This document shows, piece by piece, positions 10,301 to 16,873 of a stretch of DNA of 36,424 bases (positions are counted from its first letter, which is position 1; each line of letters begins with the position of its first letter). The position numbers and the translations under genes were made by a program. Below the pieces are notes generated by a model. That model had not been told where the DNA came from, searched no databases, and was given only the letters and a program-made list of their open reading frames with translations. The stretch lies in the IMG/VR virus record IMGVR_UViG_3300046474_000274, positions 1 to 36,424 of that record; one strand, written 5' to 3'. The stretch comes from a virus. Taxonomy: Duplodnaviria; Heunggongvirae; Uroviricota; Caudoviricetes.

Positions 10301-10558
10301 GCTCAGCTCGTGGTCAACAGCACCGTGATCGCCCAGACTATGATCGTCGGGCCTGCCGTTGACGGATATACGTGCAGCAACCAGTCGATCTCCGGCGCTT
10401 GCATTATCGGTTCGGACCAGACGGTCACTTGCTATTTCCGCTTCGTTATCGGCTCTGGCGGCACTCCTCGTTCCGGCAGTTATAACGCTGGCGCGCTAGC
10501 GCAAAACCCGATGTCTAACGACAGCGTTTCGTGGTCCATCATGAGGGCAAAGAAGTGA
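4355..10558 (+). CDS. Central tail tip / host specificity protein J (2067 aa) with Fn3-like repeats, carbohydrate-binding-like modules and variable C-terminus
   Basis: VEAVSEGPIWGL, YHVRGLLVNVPSNYDP, AWTNNPAW, LTGCTSRGLAHRYGKW motifs of gpJ-family proteins. GTGA overlap with the gpI stop. Repeated IAAGAI/ITADKL-type spacer repeats in the C-terminal half. Confidence 0.92.
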   Translation: MIQFRSHGDTALATHEIVNAQPARVRGFKGSSKGGSSGAVSNDGNTLRSRANFRLVEAVSEGPIWGLVDGHKSIYFDQTPLLNDDGTYNFKNLSIIAHKGLPDEGYFNGHTAVETPVNVEVQVKNSLGPTVRTIVDENVDAVRVIMRIPSLVHQDDKGGLKKTSVAYAIDVRANNGGWQQVIVNDLANQKTLSPVQIDHRVPLPLNGAPWDVRVRRLTADSTDDKLQNDTYWEGYVELVEGKFIYPNTAAFAISGTAEQMGSNIPPRSYHVRGLLVNVPSNYDPFTRQYTGIWDGTFKIAWTNNPAWVFYDLLVNDRYGLGEFIKPDIVDKWSLYTIAQYCDQLVKSGFKNGDTGADLYEPRYTFNGVINTKDEAFFVLQSITKAWRGMGYWALGQVFATADMPQDPVRLVTPANVIGGDFEYGGTALKARHSVIMVKWNNPDDFYRPDTEVVIDSELLHKYDWRDKTLQLTGCTSRGLAHRYGKWVIDTEQHETDTLTYQASWDHAELRPGEIIAVSNPRKALIRAGGRVVEHNGLTVTLDDDFEYTEGETYQLMLTLPSGQVETKPILAFLDARTIRLSSAFSAEAEPDAMWTIKGTDITPRLYRVISVDETDTNIFKITALFHDPQKYARIEKDIVFEPLPYDRPDKKAVPPTNLLVRETGYVTGGQTFHSLTVSWSPPPNTLLRGFIVAVDAPDGESFVIGSTNETFMELLTTKGGTYKFYVQTITYTGLTSEPATIEFEAAGPEGYPVPTVTDLELVDDPTTANFTGTDLRVRWKNNFALSAAGALEHVASPHYSHNTVNVYHNGTGALLRTERVTAESYTYDLASNRADCVKLGYATPTRAIRIEVTVTDVFARTSHEVDRVFTNPVPQALAPSYTVTASTIYLGFSQPTDPDYAGYVLLRSEVAGIDLTDDPYYDGQANPLTIPGEPNTTYYFRIAAYDAFGRTGLNWSTEFEISTHSDSVDFEPPAVPTGLAATSVIRGDGMVDVTYTWDANTEGDLMGYVVQIKEGMGNYVGFSAPSPALKVTVLPSTLLTAQVLAYDTSGNRSNFSDPPLVYTASRDELPPAVPSNWTAKGGFGLVVLSGDPNTELDFSHYEIYQSTTDTTPDASEPATLVASSNQFFVTDLDDELTLYFWLRSVDGSGNKSDWSDSLVATTVSSNVLLTTEALEGLIDRTSFATSIEPPGIGNTLPALPFTSATPKQFFLTTDGKMYIQKVDGSGWVLTTSTTILDGKIVTGQIAAGAIGADQIAAGAITTKNLSVRDFTILADNADMQLGAAVGWAGGASRIIQDATNAYPGQTWVAALTGTGTFVVTNVLEVPCVAGERFYLSAAVKTVGDAGSGRKGVRAQFIDKDGNLLTPGTADTTGNPTAWTAVAGFATAPADTAKVRLELINYNNVGGTTYVANPRLMRAAAVLIEPNGITADKLTTGELITLSAQIKDAIITSAKVLDLDAAKIRAGTIMAGTITVNGSQLGIIKNNAELGASDPATRINTGTTTINGGKVTISNTGVLSNWAMGGDSTEINGGAVAANTLTANKLTIGQRGINLENVQFSYDKATNIVSWTAGVLRYTRTNATTLQPEVGFVNILAGNATWTTGRLYVYWDKGATDPANGASVTLLASNVVATANGDNKLVLATYGGGTMFVANYGQTIIDGGTIRTQSIDTQQLKANAITASLIASDAIDTRHLKSQIITAKQMVMYDAQNWVANGEFEESDTEATWTFGGSNISPLFGGLDTNSMFYLSTEGSQTGRYVLALDRKSASYGTNLNVNMKNKFQVTSGSTLTVSVAFGSLNAASSAGFYITLYWYDSDGVQTTSTFLWNNSSIPATIAEQTKKVVVPAGATYCHLRITHGAGSTEPVIYVDRVSVRKANAASLIVDGGIKANHIDVDDLSALNIKVHNIDIDEGTIGGEKLTNGAISEVYVDSSGSSIYLNGSSNILVRNIAVKATERLLFTGFWNIRSFINYDSEITWFGYAQLVVNSTVIAQTMIVGPAVDGYTCSNQSISGACIIGSDQTVTCYFRFVIGSGGTPRSGSYNAGALAQNPMSNDSVSWSIMRAKK

Positions 10559-10950
10559 TTTGGTTCGTATTGTATAAGCCTGATGGCTCGATTGCCCAGC
10601 ATGGCAACGCGATCTCTGAAGAGGAGGCGGAAGAGCAGGCTGATCTGCTCGGCCTCTCCATTCTTCCCGTGGAATCTCAGCTTGGAGATGTGCGCGACTG
10701 GTATGTTTCGGCAGGTGTGCTCACGCCTAAGCGGGAAATCGATGCCGAGGACGAATACACGATCGCCGCTGACGGGGCGGCCGAGGTCTCCTTTCCCGTG
10801 CCGGACGGAACCCCGATCATCTTCCAGAAGGCATGGCACCTGTCGGATGGCTCGTTTGAGTTCGCCACGGACACGCCGGGGACTTACGAGGTCAAGATCG
10901 AGACCGGGGCTACGACTTTGAGCAAGAGGGTAATTATCCATGCGGTTTGA
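10555..10950 (+). CDS. Tail fibre-associated hypothetical protein
   Basis: In-frame GTG at 10555 overlaps the gpJ stop (GTGA), preferred over 10531; located directly after gpJ. Confidence 0.6.
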   Translation: MIWFVLYKPDGSIAQHGNAISEEEAEEQADLLGLSILPVESQLGDVRDWYVSAGVLTPKREIDAEDEYTIAADGAAEVSFPVPDGTPIIFQKAWHLSDGSFEFATDTPGTYEVKIETGATTLSKRVIIHAV

Positions 10951-11353
10951 TTTCAAGATGGGGCTCACGGCCATCAAGGCGGAGCTGAAGGCCAAGATCG
11001 ACCTGCAGGCGGGGCAGCTTCGCTCTCTCTACATCACGACCGTTCCAGGCCAGGACATGGTCTACATGGAGAAGCGTATTGAGGCCGAGCTTGTCGTTGC
11101 CGATCCTCAGCTCGGGGACGGGCTCAGCTCCTCCGAGATTCCCCACATCGTCAAGGAAGCCGACACGTCTGGGGTTAGCCGCTACGAGAAGGCGGTGGAG
11201 ATCCTCACCATGGCTAATATTTGGAAGCAGATTTCCCCGATGATCGAGGATCGCCGGCTGTCGGTGAAGAGCGCCATCGATGCCGCTACGACCGTAGCCG
11301 AAGCACGGGCTGTCGCCGACGTGAACTGGCGTGAACTGGCGTTGACGCCCTAA
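10940..11353 (+). CDS. Putative tail fibre assembly/chaperone protein (DUF4376-like)
   Basis: 137 aa, helical; KAELKAKID...GQDMVYMEKRIEAE...RRLSVKSAIDAA pattern seen in small genes after tail fibres; overlaps the upstream gene. Confidence 0.6.
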   Translation: MRFDFKMGLTAIKAELKAKIDLQAGQLRSLYITTVPGQDMVYMEKRIEAELVVADPQLGDGLSSSEIPHIVKEADTSGVSRYEKAVEILTMANIWKQISPMIEDRRLSVKSAIDAATTVAEARAVADVNWRELALTP

Positions 11354-11419
11354 ACGACGAATCTGCCGGCTAGGCTCGGCCGATCTTGAGTTTTGGTTGC
11401 CCTTTCCTCCCACATGTAG

Positions 11420-11437
11420 TAAGTAAGAGCTTACTTA
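11420..11437. promoter_or_regulatory. 18-bp palindromic operator ahead of the lysis cassette
   Basis: TAAGTAAG-AG-CTTACTTA; TTGCCC at 11397-11402 lies 17 nt upstream. Confidence 0.75.
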
Positions 11438-11458
11438 CTTATTCGCCGGAGACGTGTC

Positions 11459-11815
11459 ATGGCAGCCATGCCTTCCATTCAGCTCAATAAGGAGACGCTC
11501 GGTCTTGTGATCGCATGTTTCTCGGTCGCAGGCAGCATTTTCGCCGCCTACAACTGGCTGCTGGCCGGCCGGGCGGAAAACGCCCCGATCGTTCGCCAGC
11601 TCGTGCTGAAGGACCAGGTGCAGGACAAGCGCCTCGATCGCACCGACGAGGATCGCGCCATCACCAAGGAGCTCAGCCAGAAGACCGGTGAGCTCAAGGA
11701 AGCCGTCGTCAAGCTGACCACGGTGATCGAGGAGAACGGCAAGCTCCCCAAGAAGGCCGAATATACCCCTATTCCGGCACCCACGCGCCAGGCGATCAAT
11801 CTCGAGGTTCAGTGA
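11459..11815 (+). CDS. Membrane protein at head of lysis cassette (possible holin/antiholin)
   Basis: One N-terminal hydrophobic helix (LGLVIACFSVAGSIFAAYNWLL) followed by a coiled-coil-like tail; first gene of the lysis cluster. Confidence 0.5.
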   Translation: MAAMPSIQLNKETLGLVIACFSVAGSIFAAYNWLLAGRAENAPIVRQLVLKDQVQDKRLDRTDEDRAITKELSQKTGELKEAVVKLTTVIEENGKLPKKAEYTPIPAPTRQAINLEVQ

Positions 11816-12033
11816 TGCTGCACCCCGACTGGAAGAAGATCCTGACAAAGGCATGGTCGCAGCGCCTGAACGCGCTCGCCTTCGTGCTCACGGTCCTCGA
11901 GGTGATCTTCGCGGTCTATGGCGCACCCGCATTCATCCCGCTCGGCACGTTCGCGGTCCTGTCCGGCCTGACCACGGCCGGCGCATTCGTGGCTCGCCTC
12001 TACGCCCAGAAGGAATTCAAGGATGCCGATTAA
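11815..12033 (+). CDS. Putative holin (small two-TM protein)
   Basis: 72 aa; WKKILTKAWSQRLNAL...ARLYAQ, two hydrophobic segments; immediately upstream of the endolysin; TGATG overlap. Confidence 0.7.
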   Translation: MLHPDWKKILTKAWSQRLNALAFVLTVLEVIFAVYGAPAFIPLGTFAVLSGLTTAGAFVARLYAQKEFKDAD

Positions 12034-12625
12034 CACGATCGTCGCCACGAAGCGCGGCAAGGCCGCAATCGCTGCGGCCATCATCGCAGCGACCGCAGGT
12101 GGCTGGCATTCCCAGATCGACACCTCGCAGACGGTTCTTCCTCCGGCCGTCATCCTTGCGACCGATGAGCTGATCCTGCCCTGGGAGGGCATGGTCCTGA
12201 AGGCGCATTGGGATCGGTTCGCCAAGATCTACGACATCTGCGCCGGCATCACGCGCATCAACGGCAAGCCCGTCACGGCGAACATGTCGTTTACCAGGTC
12301 GCAGTGCGAAGCCATGACCCGTGAGCAGATCTTCAACGACTACTATCTCCCGCTGGTCAAGCAGGTTCCGGGTTTCGTCAACTTCCCGGTCGGCGTCCAG
12401 GCAGCCATGCTTTCGGGCGCCTATAACTTCGGCGTCTACGGCATGGTTCATTCGAATGCGACCGCGTTCCATCTCAAGGGTGAATACCGCAAGGGCTGCG
12501 AAGCCCAGACCGCCTGGAATAAGGCGGGCGGCGTCAGGGTTCCTGGTCTCGTGAAGCGCCGCGAAATGGGTGATGACCAGCGCAAGGGCGAGGCCGAAAT
12601 CTGCGTGTCGGGGCTGCCCTCCTAA
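12023..12625 (+). CDS. Endolysin, GH24 lysozyme with putative N-terminal SAR domain
   Basis: WEGMVLKAHWD (E-X8-D), ICAGIT, AYNFG, WNKAGG...GLVKRR...E...C; N-terminal KRGK followed by AAIAAAIIAATAGG. Confidence 0.9.
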   Translation: MPINTIVATKRGKAAIAAAIIAATAGGWHSQIDTSQTVLPPAVILATDELILPWEGMVLKAHWDRFAKIYDICAGITRINGKPVTANMSFTRSQCEAMTREQIFNDYYLPLVKQVPGFVNFPVGVQAAMLSGAYNFGVYGMVHSNATAFHLKGEYRKGCEAQTAWNKAGGVRVPGLVKRREMGDDQRKGEAEICVSGLPS

Positions 12626-12969
12626 TGCTGAAGGCTCTCATCGCACCCTATCTCGGCTGGGTCTACGGCGCGCTCGCAGTCGCGATCGTGGGTGCCGGCA
12701 TCTACGCCTACAACACCATCTACGACCGCGGCTATTCGGCCGCTGCAGTCGTCTACGAAAAGCAGGCTGAGGATCAATTGAAGGCGAACAATTTCGCCAT
12801 TGCCTCTGCCGAAAAGGGCCTGCGCGAAGACGTGGCCGCCCTTATCCTCGACAAGGAGAAGCTGGAAGATGAAGTCGCTCGCCTTAACAGCGAAGCCGGG
12901 GCGGATCCTAGCGCTCATGCTGGTGGCATCAAGCGCAGCAGCGTGCAGCGCGTTAACTCCATCCGCTAG
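12625..12969 (+). CDS. Inner-membrane spanin (Rz-like)
   Basis: N-terminal TM helix plus coiled-coil; follows the endolysin; 3' end overlapped by a lipoprotein gene. Confidence 0.75.
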   Translation: MLKALIAPYLGWVYGALAVAIVGAGIYAYNTIYDRGYSAAAVVYEKQAEDQLKANNFAIASAEKGLREDVAALILDKEKLEDEVARLNSEAGADPSAHAGGIKRSSVQRVNSIR

Positions 12970-13207
12970 GGCGCCAATCGCCCTTCCGGTCCTGCCTGTG
13001 GAGCTCGCGTGCAAGATCGGCCAGGAGAACTGCAAGCCGGCCTGCGCCTATGGCGTGCTGGTCCCGGATCGCGATCTCGACCAGGCCGAGACGGAAACCT
13101 ATTGGATCAAGGACCGGGCGAGCCTGCGCAATTGCCGGAACAGCTTCACTGCTCTCCAGAACTACTATGACGCCCTGCGGACCTATCTTTCCACACCGGA
13201 AGATTGA
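12869..13207 (+). CDS. Outer-membrane spanin lipoprotein (Rz1-like)
   Basis: ATG at 12869 with AAGGAG upstream; signal peptide ending in lipobox-like AAAC; overlaps the i-spanin by 101 nt in another frame. Confidence 0.72.
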   Translation: MKSLALTAKPGRILALMLVASSAAACSALTPSARAPIALPVLPVELACKIGQENCKPACAYGVLVPDRDLDQAETETYWIKDRASLRNCRNSFTALQNYYDALRTYLSTPED

Positions 13208-13255
13208 TCCGTCGTTCGTCTATTATTGTTAACTTAGAAGTAAGTATATCTTACG

Positions 13256-15112
13256 ATGAATGGACGGGAATACATGTCGGCTATTGTGCCTGAAGATCGT
13301 TTCGTCGCAGCCTACAACGACAAGGAAACCTACCCCAATCTCACCGATGTAGCCGTAGCTCTCGGTCTTTCGTATCAGACGGTGCGCAATCGCTCCTCGG
13401 TCCTTCGTGCTCGCAAGCGTGCAGGCGAGGATGTTCCGGCTCTTATCAATCGCGTCATCCAGGCGACCGAGAAGGATCCGGAAGCACCGAAGAACCACGC
13501 CAACGCACGCGCGGATCTGCTGCGTTATGAAATCGACAAGCTGCTGACCAGCTCCCGCTATCCGGTCACCAATCCGGAGGCTGTCGTGGTCGATCCCTAT
13601 ATCACCACCAAGTATGATCGCCGGGCCGGCAAGAAGCAGAACGTCGAGGGCACGCCGCGCACCTGGCTCACCGACACGCTGCTCGCTGAAGGCGTCGAGG
13701 ATCCTCGTGGGCGTGTGTTCATCTTCACGGGAGCCCAGAACGACGCCGAGGTCGATCTGCCCTTTTGGGAGAACCTGCAGGCATATGCGACCTTCCGCGA
13801 AGCCGATATCATCGTGGGTCCGGGCACCTATGAAACGCAGTGGTGGTCGGAGAATAACGCGGCCGTCCGCTCCTATGCCGAGGAGATCGAGGAATACCTC
13901 TGCTTCGGCCAGATGAAGATCGGCGAGAACTTCGTCTTCTGCGGCGAGATGAACATGCTGCCGACGGCCAACCGGCCGATCAGCGATCTCACCACCTACA
14001 CGCAGGGCCGCTGGGGCGTTTTCCCGCATTCGAAGATCCAGCTCAAGTCGGTCCCGTCGCTCGATCCCGCGCGCCAGGCGCACCAGGTCATGACGACCGG
14101 GCTCGTCACCAAGCCGAAGATCATCCCGCGCAAGGCAGGCATCAAGTCGATCTTCCACCATCAGCTCGCCGCTGTCCTCGTCGAGTTCGACCATGACGGC
14201 GATCTCTTCTGCCGGCATCTCGTCGCCGACAAGGACGGCTCCTTCTCGGACCTCGAATTCTTCGTCAAGGATGGCGAGGTCTCGGTTGATGACGAGCAGG
14301 TGGAGCTGGTCGTCATGTTCGACATGCACACCGACAAGGAAGACCGCAAGAATACCGATGCGTTGTTCCGGGCCAAGAACTCGGTCTTCAAGACGCTGAA
14401 GGTCCGGCGCGCGATCGCCCACGACATCTTCGACAATTACCGGCGCAATCATCACAACGTCCACGACAACGCCCATTCCTACGAGGTGGCAGTGCGCGGC
14501 CGCGAGAGCGTCTTCGAGGAGGTTCGTGGCGTCGTCAATATCCTCAAGGAGCTGCAGGCGTCGGTCGCAGTCACGGTCGTCGAGTCCAATCACGATATCG
14601 CCCTGGAACGCTATGTGAAGGAAGGCCGCTACCGCAACGACGGCATCAATATTCGGCTCGGTCTCCAGCTCGAAGACGCCTATCTCGCCTGGCGTGAGGA
14701 GGTGGCTGAATGTCTGGACGCCAACCGGCCGGCGCCATCCTTCTCGCTGCTCGAATATGCCGTCAACATGGCAGCCGACAAGGACGGTGTAGATCTCACC
14801 GATGTCGAGTGGGTTCATGACGGCTATTCCTACGTGATTAACGGCGTAGAGTGCGGCAATCACGGCTTCCGCGGCGCCAATGGTGCACGCGGCACGGTAT
14901 CGGGTTTCGCAGCCCTCGGCCGCAAGATGAACATCGGCGACAAGCATTCGCCCGAGATCATGGATGGCGTCTACGTCTCCGGCGTGGTGAGCCTGCGGCA
15001 GGGCTACAACAAGGGTCCGTCCGGCTGGGCGGTCACTTGCACCTTCCAGTATAACAATGGCAAGCGGACTCTGGTGACGTTCCAGAACGGGAAGTGGCGC
15101 GCGTTTATTTAG
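13256..15112 (+). CDS. Calcineurin-like metallophosphoesterase/nuclease with N-terminal HTH, resembling T5 A1-family proteins
   Basis: DMH, HDIFD, SNHD, NHG and GDKH motifs in phosphoesterase order; N-terminal LTDVAVALGLSYQTVRNR HTH; FIFTGAQN...FWENLQAYA segment recalled as A1-like. Confidence 0.6.
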   Translation: MNGREYMSAIVPEDRFVAAYNDKETYPNLTDVAVALGLSYQTVRNRSSVLRARKRAGEDVPALINRVIQATEKDPEAPKNHANARADLLRYEIDKLLTSSRYPVTNPEAVVVDPYITTKYDRRAGKKQNVEGTPRTWLTDTLLAEGVEDPRGRVFIFTGAQNDAEVDLPFWENLQAYATFREADIIVGPGTYETQWWSENNAAVRSYAEEIEEYLCFGQMKIGENFVFCGEMNMLPTANRPISDLTTYTQGRWGVFPHSKIQLKSVPSLDPARQAHQVMTTGLVTKPKIIPRKAGIKSIFHHQLAAVLVEFDHDGDLFCRHLVADKDGSFSDLEFFVKDGEVSVDDEQVELVVMFDMHTDKEDRKNTDALFRAKNSVFKTLKVRRAIAHDIFDNYRRNHHNVHDNAHSYEVAVRGRESVFEEVRGVVNILKELQASVAVTVVESNHDIALERYVKEGRYRNDGINIRLGLQLEDAYLAWREEVAECLDANRPAPSFSLLEYAVNMAADKDGVDLTDVEWVHDGYSYVINGVECGNHGFRGANGARGTVSGFAALGRKMNIGDKHSPEIMDGVYVSGVVSLRQGYNKGPSGWAVTCTFQYNNGKRTLVTFQNGKWRAFI

Positions 15113-15121
15113 CCCTCAACA

Positions 15122-15139
15122 TAAGTAAGCACTTACTTA
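15122..15139. promoter_or_regulatory. 18-bp palindromic operator ahead of phoH
   Basis: TAAGTAAG-CA-CTTACTTA; GCTACAT -10-like element at 15154-15160. Confidence 0.75.
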
Positions 15140-15201
15140 GCCTGACCTTTTCAGCTACATTGGGCCGGTAAGAGATACCTCCCCATTGGAGTCCCCCTGA
15201 A

Positions 15202-15954
15202 ATGTCTAAGCCTCGCAAGTCCGTCGCCCGCCAGACCCGCCGCGACGACCGCGCACGTATGCGCAATGACTCCAAGCTGATCGGTTCCGTCGATCGTTCC
15301 CTTCCTGTCCAGCCGACGGCTGCCCGCAAGGAGCCCGTCCTCGCACTCACGAACGGCCAGAAGCGCTACGATGCCGGCTTCAAGTCCTCCGACATCATCT
15401 TCGGCCTTGGACCTGCCGGCACGGGTAAGACCTGGTTCGCCATTCAGCGCGCAGCAGAGGCTCTCAAGCGCGGCGAGATCAAGAAGATCTACGTCACCCG
15501 GCCCGCAGTCGAGGTAGGCGAGGGCATGGGCTTCCTGCCTGGCGAGCTGGAAGAGAAGTTCGCACCCTATCTGATCCCGGTGAAGGAAGCCTTCGTCGAA
15601 GCGCTGGGCTCCGGCTACTACGAATATTGTCTCAAGGCAGGCATCATCGAGCCGATCCCGCTGGCCTTCATCCGCGGCCGCACGCTGAAGGATGCTTGGG
15701 TGATCTTCGACGAGGCACAGAACGCGACCAAGGCCGAGTTCAAGGCGTTCCTGACCCGTATCGGCGAGAATGCCAAGTTCGTCATCAATGGCGACGCAAC
15801 CCAGACCGACGAGAAGATCGGCTCAAAGTCCGGCCTGGAGGATGCAGTCCGCCGTATCGGCAATCACAGCCAGGTTACGGTCGTCCAGTTCCTTCGCTCC
15901 GAGATCGTTCGCTCAGGTCTCTGCCAGGATATCGTCGAAGCCTACGAGTTCTGA
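15202..15954 (+). CDS. phoH: PhoH-family ATPase
   Basis: GPAGTGKT Walker A, TRPAVE, GFLPG, RGRTL, DEAQN, GDATQTD motifs. Confidence 0.93.
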   Translation: MSKPRKSVARQTRRDDRARMRNDSKLIGSVDRSLPVQPTAARKEPVLALTNGQKRYDAGFKSSDIIFGLGPAGTGKTWFAIQRAAEALKRGEIKKIYVTRPAVEVGEGMGFLPGELEEKFAPYLIPVKEAFVEALGSGYYEYCLKAGIIEPIPLAFIRGRTLKDAWVIFDEAQNATKAEFKAFLTRIGENAKFVINGDATQTDEKIGSKSGLEDAVRRIGNHSQVTVVQFLRSEIVRSGLCQDIVEAYEF

Positions 15955-15960
15955 CATCAA

Positions 15961-15989
15961 CGAGCGCGGATAACCCCGCGCTCGCTTTG
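15961..15989 (+). terminator. GC-rich hairpin after phoH (possible weak terminator)
   Basis: CGAGCGCGG / CCGCGCTCG 9-bp stem followed by CTTTG; the U tract is short. Confidence 0.45.
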
Positions 15990-15992
15990 ACT

Positions 15993-16018
15993 GCGTTTCC
16001 GCATGCGTCTCGCTATAA
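15993..16018 (+). promoter_or_regulatory. Promoter-like motif, GCGATCCC-N11-GCTATAA class
   Basis: GCGTTTCC-N11-GCTATAA ahead of the 16047 gene. Confidence 0.55.
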
Positions 16019-16046
16019 GTCTTCTCAGAACAGCGAAAGACCAGTT

Positions 16047-16799
16047 ATGCCGCATTTGATTACTGCTTATTCAACCGAACTCGAAGCCGAGCGCTGCCCG
16101 ACTTTCGAGAACGACTTCATCATCTCCAACTTCATCTCTACGAAGTTTCAGGGGTTTGATCGGGAAGGCTGGAACAGCAAGTGGTTCGACTACCGGCATA
16201 TGACGCTCCTGCAGGCGACCTGCGCCTACATGGAAGCCTATGGTGACGTTTACCGTCGCATCTATGCCCGCGAGTTCGACCGCGACCGCGCCGAGCATGT
16301 AAAGCCGATGAATATCGATCTGATCCTTGGCGCTCTACGTCCGGGCGGCCAGCAGGATCAGAAGAAGATCACCAAGGCGAAGAAGCAGCTCGTTGGTTGC
16401 TGGCGCGGCCGTCAGATCGCCGACATGATCGGCTGTCCCTATGATGTCTATCTCGATCTCGCCTTCACCTACCGGATGCGCCGCTGGCAGCAGAACAACA
16501 TGCCGCAGCCGACGCACCTTTACGACCTGCGCGTCGTGGAGCAGATCGTCGACCGCTGGGAGGAGCTGCAGGCTTCCCGGCTCTATCTGGCCGAGCACTC
16601 GGCATACCTGGTCGAGAACTACCAGGATCTCCCGCAGCAGAACGCCTATCACGAATGGCTGTTCAAGCAGGCCAAGCTCCGCAGCAATCCGGCCGAGTTC
16701 ATCGCCCGCTTCATCGAGGAGCATTTGCTCCCGGTCGACAAGGTGCAGGCGCGCTCCGATCTCCCGCCCTGGGAAATGATCGAGCGTTACCTGCAGTAG
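16047..16799 (+). CDS. Hypothetical protein upstream of helicase (possible helicase loader/initiator)
   Basis: Real start is probably ATG 16047, after the promoter motif; the listed 15627 start overlaps phoH. Function is inferred from position only. Confidence 0.6.
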   Translation: MPHLITAYSTELEAERCPTFENDFIISNFISTKFQGFDREGWNSKWFDYRHMTLLQATCAYMEAYGDVYRRIYAREFDRDRAEHVKPMNIDLILGALRPGGQQDQKKITKAKKQLVGCWRGRQIADMIGCPYDVYLDLAFTYRMRRWQQNNMPQPTHLYDLRVVEQIVDRWEELQASRLYLAEHSAYLVENYQDLPQQNAYHEWLFKQAKLRSNPAEFIARFIEEHLLPVDKVQARSDLPPWEMIERYLQ

Positions 16800-16821
16800 T
16801 CCCTTAGCGATTTAGCTATAA
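16796..16821 (+). promoter_or_regulatory. Promoter-like motif, GCGATCCC-N11-GCTATAA class
   Basis: GTAGTCCC-N11-GCTATAA ahead of the helicase. Confidence 0.5.
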
Positions 16822-16851
16822 TCGAAATACGACGCTTTGCGCGTTAAGACA

Positions 16852-16869
16852 TAAGTAAGCACTTACTTA
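16852..16869. promoter_or_regulatory. 18-bp palindromic operator ahead of helicase
   Basis: TAAGTAAG-CA-CTTACTTA ending 4 nt before the first ATG. Confidence 0.75.
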
Positions 16870-16873
16870 GGAA

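Noticed and set aside
15627-16046. N-terminal extension of the pre-helicase ORF from 15627
   Set aside because: Overlaps phoH out of frame and crosses a hairpin and promoter motif; ATG 16047 is more plausible.
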